DNA from: an uncultured cyanobacterium | GTDB taxonomy: Bacteria > Cyanobacteriota > Cyanobacteriia > Cyanobacteriales > CAWUOF01 | Length of the DNA stretch: 64,000 bases | Direction: 5' to 3' | NCBI GenBank assembly: GCA_963744145.1 | Contig: CAVUSO010000001.1 | Location: 6,784,001 to 6,848,000 of the forward strand | Part shown: piece by piece, positions 41,284 to 52,501 of the stretch | Numbering within the stretch: the first letter of the stretch is position 1 | Layout of the letters: each line of letters opens with the position of its first letter | The notes under the pieces: model-generated | Seen by the model: the letters and a program-made list of their open reading frames with translations, nothing else | Told to the model about the DNA's origin: nothing | The model's database searches: none | Program-made: the position numbers and the translations under genes

Positions 41284-44232
41284 TTAAGAAGTATGAAGAG
41301 GAATTTGAATCCAAAACTCAGCACCTTTTCCAGGTTCAGATAGACACTTCAAAATGCCCCCATGTTTTTCCACCACAATTTGATAACTAATCGATAATCC
41401 CAAACCAGTACCTTTACCTACAGGTTTAGTAGTAAAGAAAGGATCAAACAAACGCTTTCTGACATCCTCTGACATTCCTGGTCCGTTATCGCGAATCCGA
41501 ATTAATACAGAGGAGACCGATTCTATTTCCCATAAACCAGGAGGGAAAGCAGCTTCCATCGGATCGTGAGGTTGTTCAGTTTTCAGCTCTGTCGAGATGG
41601 TAATAATCCGAGGTTCTGGTTGATTTTCTAAAGCATCCATCGCATTTACCAAGACATTCATAAAAACCTGATTAAGTTGTCCAGCATAACACTCAATCAA
41701 TGGTAATTCCCCATATTCTTTGACAATATTTATGCCAGAATTAGAATTTTTAGGTTTTAAACGATTCTGTAAAATTAGTAAAGTATTATCTATCCCCTCG
41801 TGAATATCAACGGGTTTCATTTCCGCTTCATCTAAACGAGAAAAGTTGCGTAAGGACAAAACAATCTGACGGATACGTTCAGCTCCAATTTGCATCGAAG
41901 ATAGTACCTTTGGTAAATCTTGACTGAGAAACTCTAAGTCAATTGCTTCTAATTCATTATTAATTTCGAGAGGAGCATTAGGATAATGTTTTTGATAAAG
42001 AGCAACCAGTTCCAGTAAATCTTGAATGTAATTATTAGCATGGGTAAGATTACCCGTAATAAAGTTAACCGGGTTATTAATTTCATGGGCAACACCAGCT
42101 ACTAACTGACCGAGACTAGACATTTTCTCAGTTTGAATCAATTGTGCCTGGGTTTGCTTCAAATTATGTAAAGCTCGCTCTAACTGATGGGCTTGAGTTT
42201 GGGCCGCTAAAGCCGCCGCATGAGTTTGAGCATACAGTTCCGCTTGATCAATCGCGATCGCTAACTGATCTACCACCGCTTGCAACAATTCTACCTCACT
42301 ATTGCTCCAAGGTCGAGGACCGCGACAATGACTACAAATCACTGCTCCTAATTGACCTGCTCGGGTTTGGAGCGGTAGGACTAATCCAGAATTAATCCCT
42401 AAACGGATAGCGACCAAGCGATTTTTCTCATCTAAACCGGGTTCATTTTCCAGATCATCAATCCGGATGATTTCGTGATTCCGAATCTTTTCCCCTAGGG
42501 GAGCAATTGTACTTGCTTGCCAGTCATTCAGTAAACTGGGCAGACTTGGGTGTCTAGCTTCGTGAGAAACCATTAAACTTGGTTCACCCTGGGTGGGTAA
42601 ATACCAGAGGAAATGACATCGATCAATTGCTAATAAACTGCGAATTTCATGGACCGCAGTTTCCAAAATCGTATTAAGGTCAAGGGAATTCCGAATTTGA
42701 TTAGCCAGACGGAATAATAACCCTTCGCGACGAGACAACAGCGCTTCTCTAGCCCAGGCTCGGTCGATCGCAATCGCAATCCCATTAGCAACCCACTGTA
42801 ACATCCCGTGAATTGTTTCACTATAAGCTGTACAGCTCATGATCGTCATTACCCCCACCAGACGTTCTTCTACGATCAAAGGATAACCAGCAAAAGCTAC
42901 TACCTGATGATGACGTACCCAATCCTCACTCGCACCAATCCAACTCGCATTTGGGACATTGCTGAGATAAGGTTGACGATTTTGAGCGATCGCACCAATA
43001 ATTGAACGACCCAGGGGGATTGGTTCTTGCAGCTCTGCTAGTTCCAGAGACCCCGTGTGGGCTTGCATTTCCAATTTATTGCTAACCTGATTAAATATCC
43101 AAATACAAGCATCCGCAGCTTCAAGGTGCTGAACTAGAGCGGTGGTACAACGTTTGAGAATTTCTGGTAAAGTGCCACTTTGGCCCAAAGCAATGCCCAC
43201 CGCTGCCCCCAAAGCTGATAAATGTGATCGCTCGAGCAGCATCGCCTCAGTTTGTTTTTTCAGGGTAATATTTTGACAATAAACAGATAATCCGGTAGGA
43301 TGGGGGTAAACTCTTACTTCCAGCCACATCCCCAAACTGGGATAAAATTCGGTAAATTCTGCGCTGATTTGATGAGCGAGTACCCTAGCAAATTCTGTTT
43401 CTGGACGCACTAGCTCCGGCAACTGCTCCCAAATGGACTTACCGATTAAATTAGCTTTGGTGTTTAATAAAATTTGTTCAGCTCGAGAGTTAATGTAGGT
43501 AAAACACCAATTTTGATCTAAGGCAAAATAAGCATCGCTAATGTTTTCTAAAATATTATCGATCGGCAATTCAGATTTTTCAGAGACCTGATTTTCTAAT
43601 AAATCGGCGGATGCTTTTTCCTGTTTATGTTTGATTTTTCTCATTAGTAATTCTAGTTCAGCTATACAAACCTGGCTTAAAGCTTGCAACCCTAACATTG
43701 CTGTCTGATTTAATTCGCGAGGTTGATAATCCATCACACCTAGCACTCCCAGCGCTATTCCCCGCGAATAAAGAGGAATCCCAGCATAAAATTCAATTTT
43801 ATTTTCACCATTATTCAAAGACTTGACGGCAAATTCTGGCTCTAATTTTAAATCAGAAATAATAAATAAACCTTTAGTTTTAATGGTATAATTACCTAAA
43901 GAACTATCCAGGTTTAACCCATTTCTCTGTAAGCCAAATTGAGATTTGATCTCAAAACTATCACCGTCAAATAGGCTAATTAAAGCGATCGGAGTATGAC
44001 AAATTTTCGCAGCTAAATCAGTCAGATCATCAAAGGTGATTGCCAAATCAGAGTCAAAAAGTTCTGCGTAATTAATCGGGGTAATATCGATTTCTGCTGA
44101 GGGAATATATAAATTCAGCTCTTGATCGATCGCTAATGTCTGGTCATACTCATTCACTTGTTGGCTTGGTAAAGGTGCTTTCATATCTAAGTAACCTAGT
44201 TCTAAATAAATCATCGCCGTAGATTTGGCCAC
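41284..44232 (-). CDS. Multi-GAF/PAS sensor histidine kinase (start uncertain, possibly ~44182)
   Basis: GAF-PAS-GAF-GAF; EKMSSLGQLVAGVAHEINNP, FDPFFTTKPVGKGTGLGL. Confidence 0.88.
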   Translation of the reverse strand: MAKSTAMIYLELGYLDMKAPLPSQQVNEYDQTLAIDQELNLYIPSAEIDITPINYAELFDSDLAITFDDLTDLAAKICHTPIALISLFDGDSFEIKSQFGLQRNGLNLDSSLGNYTIKTKGLFIISDLKLEPEFAVKSLNNGENKIEFYAGIPLYSRGIALGVLGVMDYQPRELNQTAMLGLQALSQVCIAELELLMRKIKHKQEKASADLLENQVSEKSELPIDNILENISDAYFALDQNWCFTYINSRAEQILLNTKANLIGKSIWEQLPELVRPETEFARVLAHQISAEFTEFYPSLGMWLEVRVYPHPTGLSVYCQNITLKKQTEAMLLERSHLSALGAAVGIALGQSGTLPEILKRCTTALVQHLEAADACIWIFNQVSNKLEMQAHTGSLELAELQEPIPLGRSIIGAIAQNRQPYLSNVPNASWIGASEDWVRHHQVVAFAGYPLIVEERLVGVMTIMSCTAYSETIHGMLQWVANGIAIAIDRAWAREALLSRREGLLFRLANQIRNSLDLNTILETAVHEIRSLLAIDRCHFLWYLPTQGEPSLMVSHEARHPSLPSLLNDWQASTIAPLGEKIRNHEIIRIDDLENEPGLDEKNRLVAIRLGINSGLVLPLQTRAGQLGAVICSHCRGPRPWSNSEVELLQAVVDQLAIAIDQAELYAQTHAAALAAQTQAHQLERALHNLKQTQAQLIQTEKMSSLGQLVAGVAHEINNPVNFITGNLTHANNYIQDLLELVALYQKHYPNAPLEINNELEAIDLEFLSQDLPKVLSSMQIGAERIRQIVLSLRNFSRLDEAEMKPVDIHEGIDNTLLILQNRLKPKNSNSGINIVKEYGELPLIECYAGQLNQVFMNVLVNAMDALENQPEPRIITISTELKTEQPHDPMEAAFPPGLWEIESVSSVLIRIRDNGPGMSEDVRKRLFDPFFTTKPVGKGTGLGLSISYQIVVEKHGGILKCLSEPGKGAEFWIQIPLHTS

Positions 44233-44720
44233 ACCGAGTCAGCGATCAATGTCTGGTCATAAATTGTCATTTTTTTTGAGAAATTTGGTATTTTCCTATT
44301 TATATAGTTCCCAACAACTGTACTTGACTATCGCCAAGTTTTTCGATTTTGTTTAAATTTGCTAAACAAAATTGTAAGTATATGGTTATGAATAAAAATT
44401 TTTCATAATTAATTAAATTTTAACATAATGTTCTGGATCTCCACCAGTCAGAAAATTAATTATATGTGTAAGCTGTAATTGATGCAAGGTTGTTCTCTAA
44501 AAGCTCGGATCGGGGTTATGAATGAAAAAAACTTAAGACAGGATAACAAAAATTTGTACTTGGGCATTCTGAGGGTACATAGTTAAGATCAAGGTTTTTA
44601 CGAGGAGAGAAAGGGAAGGGTGATGTCCAATCAGGAGCGCCAAACCAGGCAACAGATGGCCGTTAAGCGGTGTCTAGCTGGCAGAAACTACAATTTTTAG
44701 AGAAGACTGGGGAGAAAAAT

Positions 44721-45128
44721 ATGGCTTCAAGTTTAAGTCATTTACCAACAATTTTAGCTGTAGATGACAGTCCTGTAATGCAAAACTTAGTAAAAAAGGC
44801 CCTAGATCAGGAATATCGAGTGTTAGTTGCAGATAATGCCGTAGATGCTTTATCAGTGATTTATCATGAGCAAGTATCTATTTTGTTACTGGATGTTTCT
44901 ATGCCAGGAATTGATGGCTTGGAACTATGTCGTACAGTCCGCAACTTACCTCAATTTCACGATTTAACGATCATTATGTTAACAGCAAGGGATGGACTGT
45001 TCGACAAGGTTCAAGGTAGACTAGCTGGGGCAACCGAATATTTAACCAAACCATTTGATGCTGAACAGTTACGTCAAGTGGTGAGTAAGTTTGTCAGTCC
45101 CAAACTGCCAGACGAAGTTTCACACTAA
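44721..45128 (+). CDS. Single-domain response regulator
   Basis: ILAVDDS, LLDVSMPGIDG, MLTARDG, YLTKPF; GGAG RBS before ATG 44721. Confidence 0.87.
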   Translation: MASSLSHLPTILAVDDSPVMQNLVKKALDQEYRVLVADNAVDALSVIYHEQVSILLLDVSMPGIDGLELCRTVRNLPQFHDLTIIMLTARDGLFDKVQGRLAGATEYLTKPFDAEQLRQVVSKFVSPKLPDEVSH

Positions 45129-46267
45129 ATAAATAAATGGGAAAGGAGATAAGGGGCGATCGCACCCAGGGGCAGAATATGCTGCACCACACCTAAAGCG
45201 ATCGCTTCTTTGGGCATCCCAAAAATGACACAGCTAGCTTCATCTTGAGCAATTGTTACTCCTCCTGCTTGGGCGATCGCGGCCATTCCATCGGCCCCAT
45301 CTCGACCCATGCCCGTGAGTAAAATCCCCACTGTCGCTCGACCATAAAAATTAGCGATCGATTTCAAGGTAACTGTGACAGCAGGGCAATGTCCACCTAC
45401 AGGAACAGAAGATGAATAAATAAACCGACCTTGAGCATCCAGTTCCAAATGACGTCTTTCGACCGGAAAATAAATATGACCAGCTTGGGGAAATTCTCCT
45501 GCCATCGCAATTTTCACTGGTAGACGACATTCTAATGCCAACCAATCAATTAAACCTTGTAAAAACCCATCACTAATATGCTGCACACAAATCACAGGCA
45601 CCCCAAAATTAGCAGGTAAATGAGCGAGAATCTGGTGCAAAGCTTGGGTGTCTCCCGTAGAAGCACCAATTGCCAGGATTTTGGCGACTGGGGTATGCAG
45701 CCGGACGGGCACAACAGATTTAGGGAGAATCGGTGTCCCGCGTTGGCGATCGCGATTTGGTTCAGGAAGTATGGTTTGAGGTTTAGCAGCAATCTGGGGA
45801 ACTGGACTAGGATCAGCAATATAACTAGATTCTCGACGCCAACGAGTAAAAACAGCAACCCCAGCGAGAACTTTAATTTTATTAATTAATTCTTGCTTAA
45901 TCGATTCATAATTTGAGTCCAACCCAGCGCGGGGCTTAGGAAAAACATCAACAGCTCCTGCATCTAACATCCGAAAGATATTTTGAGTATCATCCTTCTG
46001 AACTGAGGCACTAATTACCAGAATCGGACGGGGAAATTTCCGCATCACTTCCTTGGTAAATTCTAGCCCATTCATCTGGGGCATATAGAAATCAGTACAA
46101 ATTACTGTTGGTTGAAGTCGAGGAATCAGTGCTAATCCTTCTTTACCATTTTGAGCAGTACCAACTACTTCAATTTCTGGTGTCGAGCTAAAAATTCGTT
46201 TCAGAATGAGCAAAACAACTGGTGAATCCTCTACCAATAAAACTCGAATGGGAGAACGTGAAGTCAT
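45125..46267 (-). CDS. cheB: Chemotaxis methylesterase CheB (REC plus methylesterase)
   Basis: IGASTG, VQHI, LLTGMGRDGA, QDEASC.IFGMP. Confidence 0.9.
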   Translation of the reverse strand: MTSRSPIRVLLVEDSPVVLLILKRIFSSTPEIEVVGTAQNGKEGLALIPRLQPTVICTDFYMPQMNGLEFTKEVMRKFPRPILVISASVQKDDTQNIFRMLDAGAVDVFPKPRAGLDSNYESIKQELINKIKVLAGVAVFTRWRRESSYIADPSPVPQIAAKPQTILPEPNRDRQRGTPILPKSVVPVRLHTPVAKILAIGASTGDTQALHQILAHLPANFGVPVICVQHISDGFLQGLIDWLALECRLPVKIAMAGEFPQAGHIYFPVERRHLELDAQGRFIYSSSVPVGGHCPAVTVTLKSIANFYGRATVGILLTGMGRDGADGMAAIAQAGGVTIAQDEASCVIFGMPKEAIALGVVQHILPLGAIAPYLLSHLFI

Positions 46268-46298
46268 AGCAAGGGAAATCTCTTGGCATCACTAATCG

Positions 46299-48740
46299 CT
46301 AAATTAGTCTTTTTAAAGTCTCTAACAGCACCTCTTGATTAAAAGCGCCTTTAGTAATATAAGCATTTGCACCGGCATCTGCACCCCTTTTTTTATCTTC
46401 ATCCGCAGCCAAAGATGTCACTAAAATAATAGGTAGCTCTCGATATTCTTGATGCTGGCGAATTTTTGCTGCTAAACTTAAGCCATCTAAATTTGGCATT
46501 TGCACATCAGAGACAACCGCATCAAAAGCACGAGTTTTTAACTTATTATAACCATCTAATCCGTCCACGGCTGTGACAACTTCATAACCTGCACCTTCCA
46601 AAATCCGTTTTTCTTGAGTCCGAGTCGCAATTGAATCTTCTACCAGGAGAATCACTTGCTTGCGTGAACCTAAATTGGGCGGCAATTTCTCAGCGATGGA
46701 TGTGGTAACCTGATGAGAAACATTTTGTTTCCGGACTGATTTAAGTAAATCGCTGGGATTTAAAACCATGCAAACTTCACCAGTACCCAAGATTGTGGCT
46801 CCAGATACATTCCGCACCCGTTTGAGGAGGTGACTGGCAGGTTTAAGAATAACATCTTGTTCGTCAATTAGAGCATCAACAAACAAGCCCAATTTTTCTT
46901 CGCCAACCTTTAAAATAATACAAGGGTTAGCTGCTATTTCCAGATTTATATTGGCATCTTGATTTTTGGCTTTGATCTGAGAATTGTTTAATTCCAGTAA
47001 ATCTGCTAATTTGGCGACGGAGACAGGTTGACCATTCCAAATAATTGTATCTCTTCCTTCGATCGCAAAAATCTCAGTTGAAGCGACCAGACGAGTTGTT
47101 TGGACAAATTCAACTGGTAGGGCATAGGAAATCCCATTGGTAGCTACAATTAAAACATGAGCTGTGGATAGAGTTGTGCCCAAATGAATGCAAAAGGTAC
47201 ATCCTTGTCCCAGTATCGATTCTACCTGAAGAGTCCCTTTGAGACGTTCAACATTATTCCGCACCACATCAAGACCAACTCCTCTACCCGAGACTTCGGT
47301 CACCAAAGCACGAGTAGAAAAACCAGACTCGAAAATCAGGGAATAAATTTGGCGATCAGTCATCGTCGCGAGTTCTTCTGGTCGCACAATCCCTCGTTTG
47401 CTCGCAGTTTGTTTAATTTGTTCGAGATCTAAACCGCGTCCATCATCAATGAGTTCAATGACCACTTGACTCGCACTTTGATATCCACGTAGACGAATAA
47501 CTGCTAGGGGTGGTTTACCCAACTGTAGTCGTTCAGTCGGTGTCTCAATCCCATGATCGATCGCATTACGAATCATGTGCATCAAAGGATCTTTCATTTC
47601 TTCTAAAATCCTTTTATCTGCCCGAGTTTCACCACCTTCAATCAGTAAATCTACTTGTTTACCTTGACTTTTCGCCAAATCTCGCACCATGCGAGGAAAC
47701 AAATTAAAAATTGTAGATAATGGTAATAAGCGCAGGGTGCGGATTCCCTGTTCTAATTCATCAGCAATGATATCTAACCGAGCTGTATCCTCATAAACCG
47801 AACTTCTCAAACGGTTAACCAAATTGCCCAATTGTTCTAAACGCTCTTCATGCCGATGATGCAAATTCTGGAATTTTAACAACATTCCGTTATTATAGTC
47901 GAATTCATTTTGTTGGCTAAAAAAAATATGATTAACCAAGCTATCGCGACTCCATTCTTCCCATAAACTCACAATTTCTTCAATTTCTGTTAATCGACGA
48001 GCGATCCGGAGTTGGGTGACCGTTAGTTCCCCAGTTTGAGTCATTAACGCATCCAGGTTACGTGTTTCTACTCGAATTGTTTCGATCCGATAGGTTCCTT
48101 CTGAGGTGGTTTCTACTGGTGGCTGAGTTGGGACAATCTTACTAGAATGCTTGTGTGTTTCCACTAGCTCTAGTTGAGTTGGTTTTGTAGTCAGAGTAGC
48201 TAGCTGGGAATTATCCTCAACAGTTGGAGTAGATGGTGCGGATAAAGATAATTTTGATGATAATTCTTGTTGGTCTTCCGACTCAGTTAATTCTCTATTT
48301 ACTGGTTTTTTCGGACTAACCTGATCACCAGTATTAACCTGGGCTGAACTAGAAGTATCGGCTCCCATCATGTGAGCTAAAGCATAAAACGTATTCACTC
48401 CACTAGGTTCACCAGTAACCGCTTCTTTCACCAATTGACGAATTGAGTCTAATCCTTTATATAAGCGATCGATAATTTCCGGTGATAATCCAATTTCACC
48501 ACGTTTAATCGTACCGATAATATGCTCCCACTGATGAGCTAGAGTCGCAATATCTTTGACTCCCAGCATTCCTGCGTCACCTTTGAGACTATGAGCTTCC
48601 CGTAATAACTCCTCTAATTTAGACTGATCCCCAGGGTTTTTTTCTAACAGCAACAAACCCTGATCAAGTTTTTGTAAATGTTCTTCGCTAGCGATTTTAA
48701 AAGTATCGCGCAGCTCTTCATCTTCTATCATTAGGGTCAA
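46299..48740 (-). CDS. cheA: Hybrid CheA (Hpt-dimerisation-HATPase-CheW-REC)
   Basis: REAHSLKG, RNAIDHGIE, SGRGVGLDVV, CheW domain, C-terminal receiver. Confidence 0.92.
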   Translation of the reverse strand: MTLMIEDEELRDTFKIASEEHLQKLDQGLLLLEKNPGDQSKLEELLREAHSLKGDAGMLGVKDIATLAHQWEHIIGTIKRGEIGLSPEIIDRLYKGLDSIRQLVKEAVTGEPSGVNTFYALAHMMGADTSSSAQVNTGDQVSPKKPVNRELTESEDQQELSSKLSLSAPSTPTVEDNSQLATLTTKPTQLELVETHKHSSKIVPTQPPVETTSEGTYRIETIRVETRNLDALMTQTGELTVTQLRIARRLTEIEEIVSLWEEWSRDSLVNHIFFSQQNEFDYNNGMLLKFQNLHHRHEERLEQLGNLVNRLRSSVYEDTARLDIIADELEQGIRTLRLLPLSTIFNLFPRMVRDLAKSQGKQVDLLIEGGETRADKRILEEMKDPLMHMIRNAIDHGIETPTERLQLGKPPLAVIRLRGYQSASQVVIELIDDGRGLDLEQIKQTASKRGIVRPEELATMTDRQIYSLIFESGFSTRALVTEVSGRGVGLDVVRNNVERLKGTLQVESILGQGCTFCIHLGTTLSTAHVLIVATNGISYALPVEFVQTTRLVASTEIFAIEGRDTIIWNGQPVSVAKLADLLELNNSQIKAKNQDANINLEIAANPCIILKVGEEKLGLFVDALIDEQDVILKPASHLLKRVRNVSGATILGTGEVCMVLNPSDLLKSVRKQNVSHQVTTSIAEKLPPNLGSRKQVILLVEDSIATRTQEKRILEGAGYEVVTAVDGLDGYNKLKTRAFDAVVSDVQMPNLDGLSLAAKIRQHQEYRELPIILVTSLAADEDKKRGADAGANAYITKGAFNQEVLLETLKRLI

Positions 48741-48772
48741 CCTTATAATATTTATAATTGATCATCAGTTAA

Positions 48773-49765
48773 CTAATTAACTATTCTCCCATCAGGCATA
48801 GTTGTACGTTTAAAAATCACACCAGTTAAATTTGCACTACTAATTTCTGCCATAGCTAAGTTGGCACCAGTTAAATTTGCACTAGTTAAATCTGTGCGAG
48901 CAAGATAAGCTTCAACTAATTCTGCATCAGTCAAGTTTGCTTCGCGCAAATTTGCCCGACTCAGGTCAATTTTTATCATTCTCGCACCACTTAAATTCGC
49001 TTTAATTAAGTTAACTTTACTTAAATTTGCATTAGGCATGATCGCTAACTCTAGATTAACATTTTCCATATTAGCATTCTGACATTTTGCTCTTTCTAAT
49101 TTAGCTCTACTTAAATTCGCATTTTGCAGATTGACTTCATTCAGGTTAGCATCTGTGAGGACTATACTAATTAAAATACTATCACCTAAATTAGCATTGC
49201 TCAAATCTGCATCCCGGAGATTTGCTTCACTCAAATTAGCACCACTAAAATCAACTTTAGATAAATCTGCACCAGTTAAATTAGTACCCCGTAAATCAGC
49301 TTTTCGTAAACAAGCACCGCGTAAAAAAGATTTATAAAATCTCTTTTCTTCCCGTAAGTTAGCACCTCGTAAACAAGCACCTGTGAGGTTAGCACCATTC
49401 AAATTTGCACCCCGTAAGTCAGCATCAAGCAGGTTAGCATCGAGTAGATTAGCTAAGTTAAGGTTAGCATTACGCAAGTCTGCACCCTGTAAACTAGCAC
49501 CATGTAAGTCCGCATCTTGGAGGTTAGCACCACCGAGTTTTGCTTGATTGAGGTTAGCACCACTGAGTTTTGTCCCGATCAGATTTGCTTTGATCAAGTT
49601 AGCACGACTTAGATAAGCAAAAATTAAAGTCGCACTATGTAAATCTGCTCCAACTAGAGAAATCCCAATAATATCTGCACCAAATAAGTTTACCCCGCTG
49701 AGGTTAACCCCATTAAATTTTGTTTCTCCTGCTGCATATCTGGTAGTTAGTTCATTTGCTTCCAT
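48773..49765 (-). CDS. Pentapeptide repeat protein
   Basis: A(N/D)LxG repeats throughout; C-terminal TMPDG. Confidence 0.93.
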   Translation of the reverse strand: MEANELTTRYAAGETKFNGVNLSGVNLFGADIIGISLVGADLHSATLIFAYLSRANLIKANLIGTKLSGANLNQAKLGGANLQDADLHGASLQGADLRNANLNLANLLDANLLDADLRGANLNGANLTGACLRGANLREEKRFYKSFLRGACLRKADLRGTNLTGADLSKVDFSGANLSEANLRDADLSNANLGDSILISIVLTDANLNEVNLQNANLSRAKLERAKCQNANMENVNLELAIMPNANLSKVNLIKANLSGARMIKIDLSRANLREANLTDAELVEAYLARTDLTSANLTGANLAMAEISSANLTGVIFKRTTMPDGRIVN

Positions 49766-49797
49766 ATTTTTGTTTTTTAGGGAAAATCAATCATCTT

Positions 49798-50622
49798 TTA
49801 GAATCCGGAAGGAAGAAATTGACAAGTTTCTTCCTGATCTTCATGAAATCCAATATGATTTATTTGAGTGGTTTCATTAACTGGACGATTAAATTTTTGA
49901 GCTAGGGGGTTACGTTGGGAATAAAAAGGACTGAGAGTTTGCATAATCACCCTTGCTGTTTGACTATTTTCATCAGCAAATTGCAGAGATTTAGCAGTAT
50001 TATATAGTTTAGATTCTAGTGCATTTACGGTTTCGCATAAAGAAAATATCTTATTTAACAATTCACCCAAATCATGGGATCTTAATCTTGACCAGTCTGG
50101 TGCATCTAGATGATTGTTAATTGCTGAAAAAAGCAGGATTTTAGCTCTGAGTGGATTGGTATAGTTCATAATTTCTAACCGGACATCAAACTGATCGTAA
50201 GGAATTACTACTGATTGAGTTCGCTGGGTTAATGAAGCATGATTTGGTGGTTCAGTAGTAGGTTCATCAGCGATCGCAATTGCTGGTACAGGTGGACTAG
50301 GTATCTTGACATAAACTTGCTCTTCTTGGTCAGAATAGAGATTGGTTATTTCGTTAATTAAACTATTAGCTACGATCAAATATTCGTCTTTTTTGTTGAG
50401 ACTTTTGACGACGTTGAAAAGAGTAAATTTTAGATGTTTGAGAGTAGGATTAAAATCTAGTAACTCTGGAATTAATTCGGCTAAATTTAGTTGATCTAAC
50501 TTAGCTTGATCACTTTCCCAAGTGTTTCGACAAGCTAACAACAGCAATTTTTTGATGCGGTTTAAATTTTTATTATTTTCGAGGTTTTGGACAACTTGAT
50601 TCAGCGGTGATATGTTGATCAT
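49798..50622 (-). CDS. Hypothetical protein
   Basis: 274-aa ORF; RIKKLL..AC...WE.D and NPLRAKILLFS segments. Confidence 0.65.
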   Translation of the reverse strand: MINISPLNQVVQNLENNKNLNRIKKLLLLACRNTWESDQAKLDQLNLAELIPELLDFNPTLKHLKFTLFNVVKSLNKKDEYLIVANSLINEITNLYSDQEEQVYVKIPSPPVPAIAIADEPTTEPPNHASLTQRTQSVVIPYDQFDVRLEIMNYTNPLRAKILLFSAINNHLDAPDWSRLRSHDLGELLNKIFSLCETVNALESKLYNTAKSLQFADENSQTARVIMQTLSPFYSQRNPLAQKFNRPVNETTQINHIGFHEDQEETCQFLPSGF

Positions 50623-51162
50623 TTAATTCTCTCCAAAAAAAAATCTGATCCTTTATCCAATTTTAAAACCATTACTTTCCTAGTTCACAGGCATGAAAAA
50701 CTAATAAAAGTATTCTAATCTAAGTTAAAGGATAATGCAAGATCATTGTATCTGCCAACCTGATCGGATAGCTCTTGCTTTTCTGAGAGGTTAAATATTA
50801 TACTAAGTAGGGGATAAAAAAAATATATTTTTTAACAATTGACAAAGGACACTCAAATCATTTCAAGATAATTGTACTACTCAAGATCAACTCGGAGCAG
50901 AAAAATATGTGGCCAATCAAACGAGCGATCGCAATTCCATCTGACCGATTGACCAATCAGCAAAGGTGGATAGTGGGTCATTTGAATCTGGACGATGGGA
51001 TAAATTCCATGCTCGTCAAACTAGATGGAATCGGGACCTACTGACAGAAGACAATGATCAAGTTCCTCCCACCTGACAATTGGACAAAAGATGGAATAGT
51101 TACTTCCGGAATAACTAGGAAAGCTAGTGATGATTTACTGTAAAAGTCTCTGACTGTATAAT

Positions 51163-52488
51163 ATGAGTAATCCAATGATAAATTTATGGCGATCGCTGCG
51201 ATTCCAACTAGCTCTGAGAACAGGAAACACCCCACAAGCGGAAAAATTGGTCTTAGAAATCCAACATTCAGGAGCAAGATTATCATTACTGGAGAGATTA
51301 TTTAGAAATAAATTACAAGCGGAAAAATCTTTGCAGGAATATAAACGAGAAATTGTTGCTCTATATGAGCAAATTGAATCCTTAGAAAATCAACTAGGAA
51401 ATTTACCTCAACCACCGGAAAATTCTCCATCGGTAAGATCTACTTTAACACCCGAACCGAAGTTTGTTGATTTTATCTCAAAAAGCTTTAAACTGGTAGA
51501 GCATGATGAAAATTTATTGCAATGTACAGGTATTTTCAGACGAGTTTTTGATGAGTTAGATGCTAACCTAGCTAAATTTATTCAAGAAGAATTTAAACGA
51601 TTTAGTCGTCAAAAGAATTTTCCCGTATTATTACAGGAAGCGATCGCGGATCTCCAGAAAGTTAACCATGGACAAGATCCTGATTATAAATCTGAATTAA
51701 GTTCCTATATCTATTTACTCAGATATTTTTTAAACCAAGTTTATTGTATCTATATTGCTTGGTTTCTCATCTATCGATCTAATTTATTACCAGCAGAAAT
51801 TAAGATCCTGGATCTAGCAGCAGGTCCAGCAACAGTTGCTTATGGACTAGGATTATTACTAGAAAGTAGTAGTAGCTTTTTCGCGCTACCTCAAACCCAG
51901 ATTTGTTATTATTCGCTAGAGCAACAAAAAATGTTTCAGTATCGAGGATTACAACTATGGAGACAATCGATCGAAACTAAATCAACAATCAACAATACTT
52001 ACTTTAGATTTCATACAGCTAATATTTTTGATTACCACAATCAAGCTAGCAAAATTCCCAGCAAGTTTTTTGATTTCATTACCATTGCAGATTTTTATTT
52101 TTTCGATCCTGACCAACAAAAAAAATCCCAGGTGATTTTGAAAGAAATATTTAAAACCTGTCTCAAAGATGATGGATATGTATTACTGATCATTAAAGAA
52201 GAGAAATTATTTACCATTTCCGGAAAATATCAAAAAATTAAGAATCACAAACAGGAAAGTAATCGGGTTAGCAAATTGGTCGAAGAACTAGGATTAAATC
52301 TAGTGTGGTATAAATATCTAACTTCTACAGATAGCAGAGAACATTTTGCACCAGATATTTTAGAGAAATTTGTGCAAGAATATCTACCAAATCAAACCCA
52401 TATCAGTCCTTTGGTCCGAGAATATTGTCAATTAGACCTTGACTCTAGTTATACAGTTAATGATTATGTCATTTTGGCAAAAATCTAA
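51163..52488 (+). CDS. Hypothetical protein with coiled coil and methyltransferase-like C-terminal domain
   Basis: ILDLAAGP SAM-binding-like motif; FDFI; L...GY.L.I. Confidence 0.6.
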   Translation: MSNPMINLWRSLRFQLALRTGNTPQAEKLVLEIQHSGARLSLLERLFRNKLQAEKSLQEYKREIVALYEQIESLENQLGNLPQPPENSPSVRSTLTPEPKFVDFISKSFKLVEHDENLLQCTGIFRRVFDELDANLAKFIQEEFKRFSRQKNFPVLLQEAIADLQKVNHGQDPDYKSELSSYIYLLRYFLNQVYCIYIAWFLIYRSNLLPAEIKILDLAAGPATVAYGLGLLLESSSSFFALPQTQICYYSLEQQKMFQYRGLQLWRQSIETKSTINNTYFRFHTANIFDYHNQASKIPSKFFDFITIADFYFFDPDQQKKSQVILKEIFKTCLKDDGYVLLIIKEEKLFTISGKYQKIKNHKQESNRVSKLVEELGLNLVWYKYLTSTDSREHFAPDILEKFVQEYLPNQTHISPLVREYCQLDLDSSYTVNDYVILAKI

Positions 52489-52501
52489 GTAAAACTAGAA
52501 T

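Noticed and set aside
48773..49765. 15-bp periodic DNA as a repeat array
   Set aside because: Explained by pentapeptide-repeat coding
50907..51044. 45-codon ORF MWPIKRAIA... with GGAG upstream
   Set aside because: No recognisable motif, and an overlapping alternative frame is equally plausible; cannot be supported
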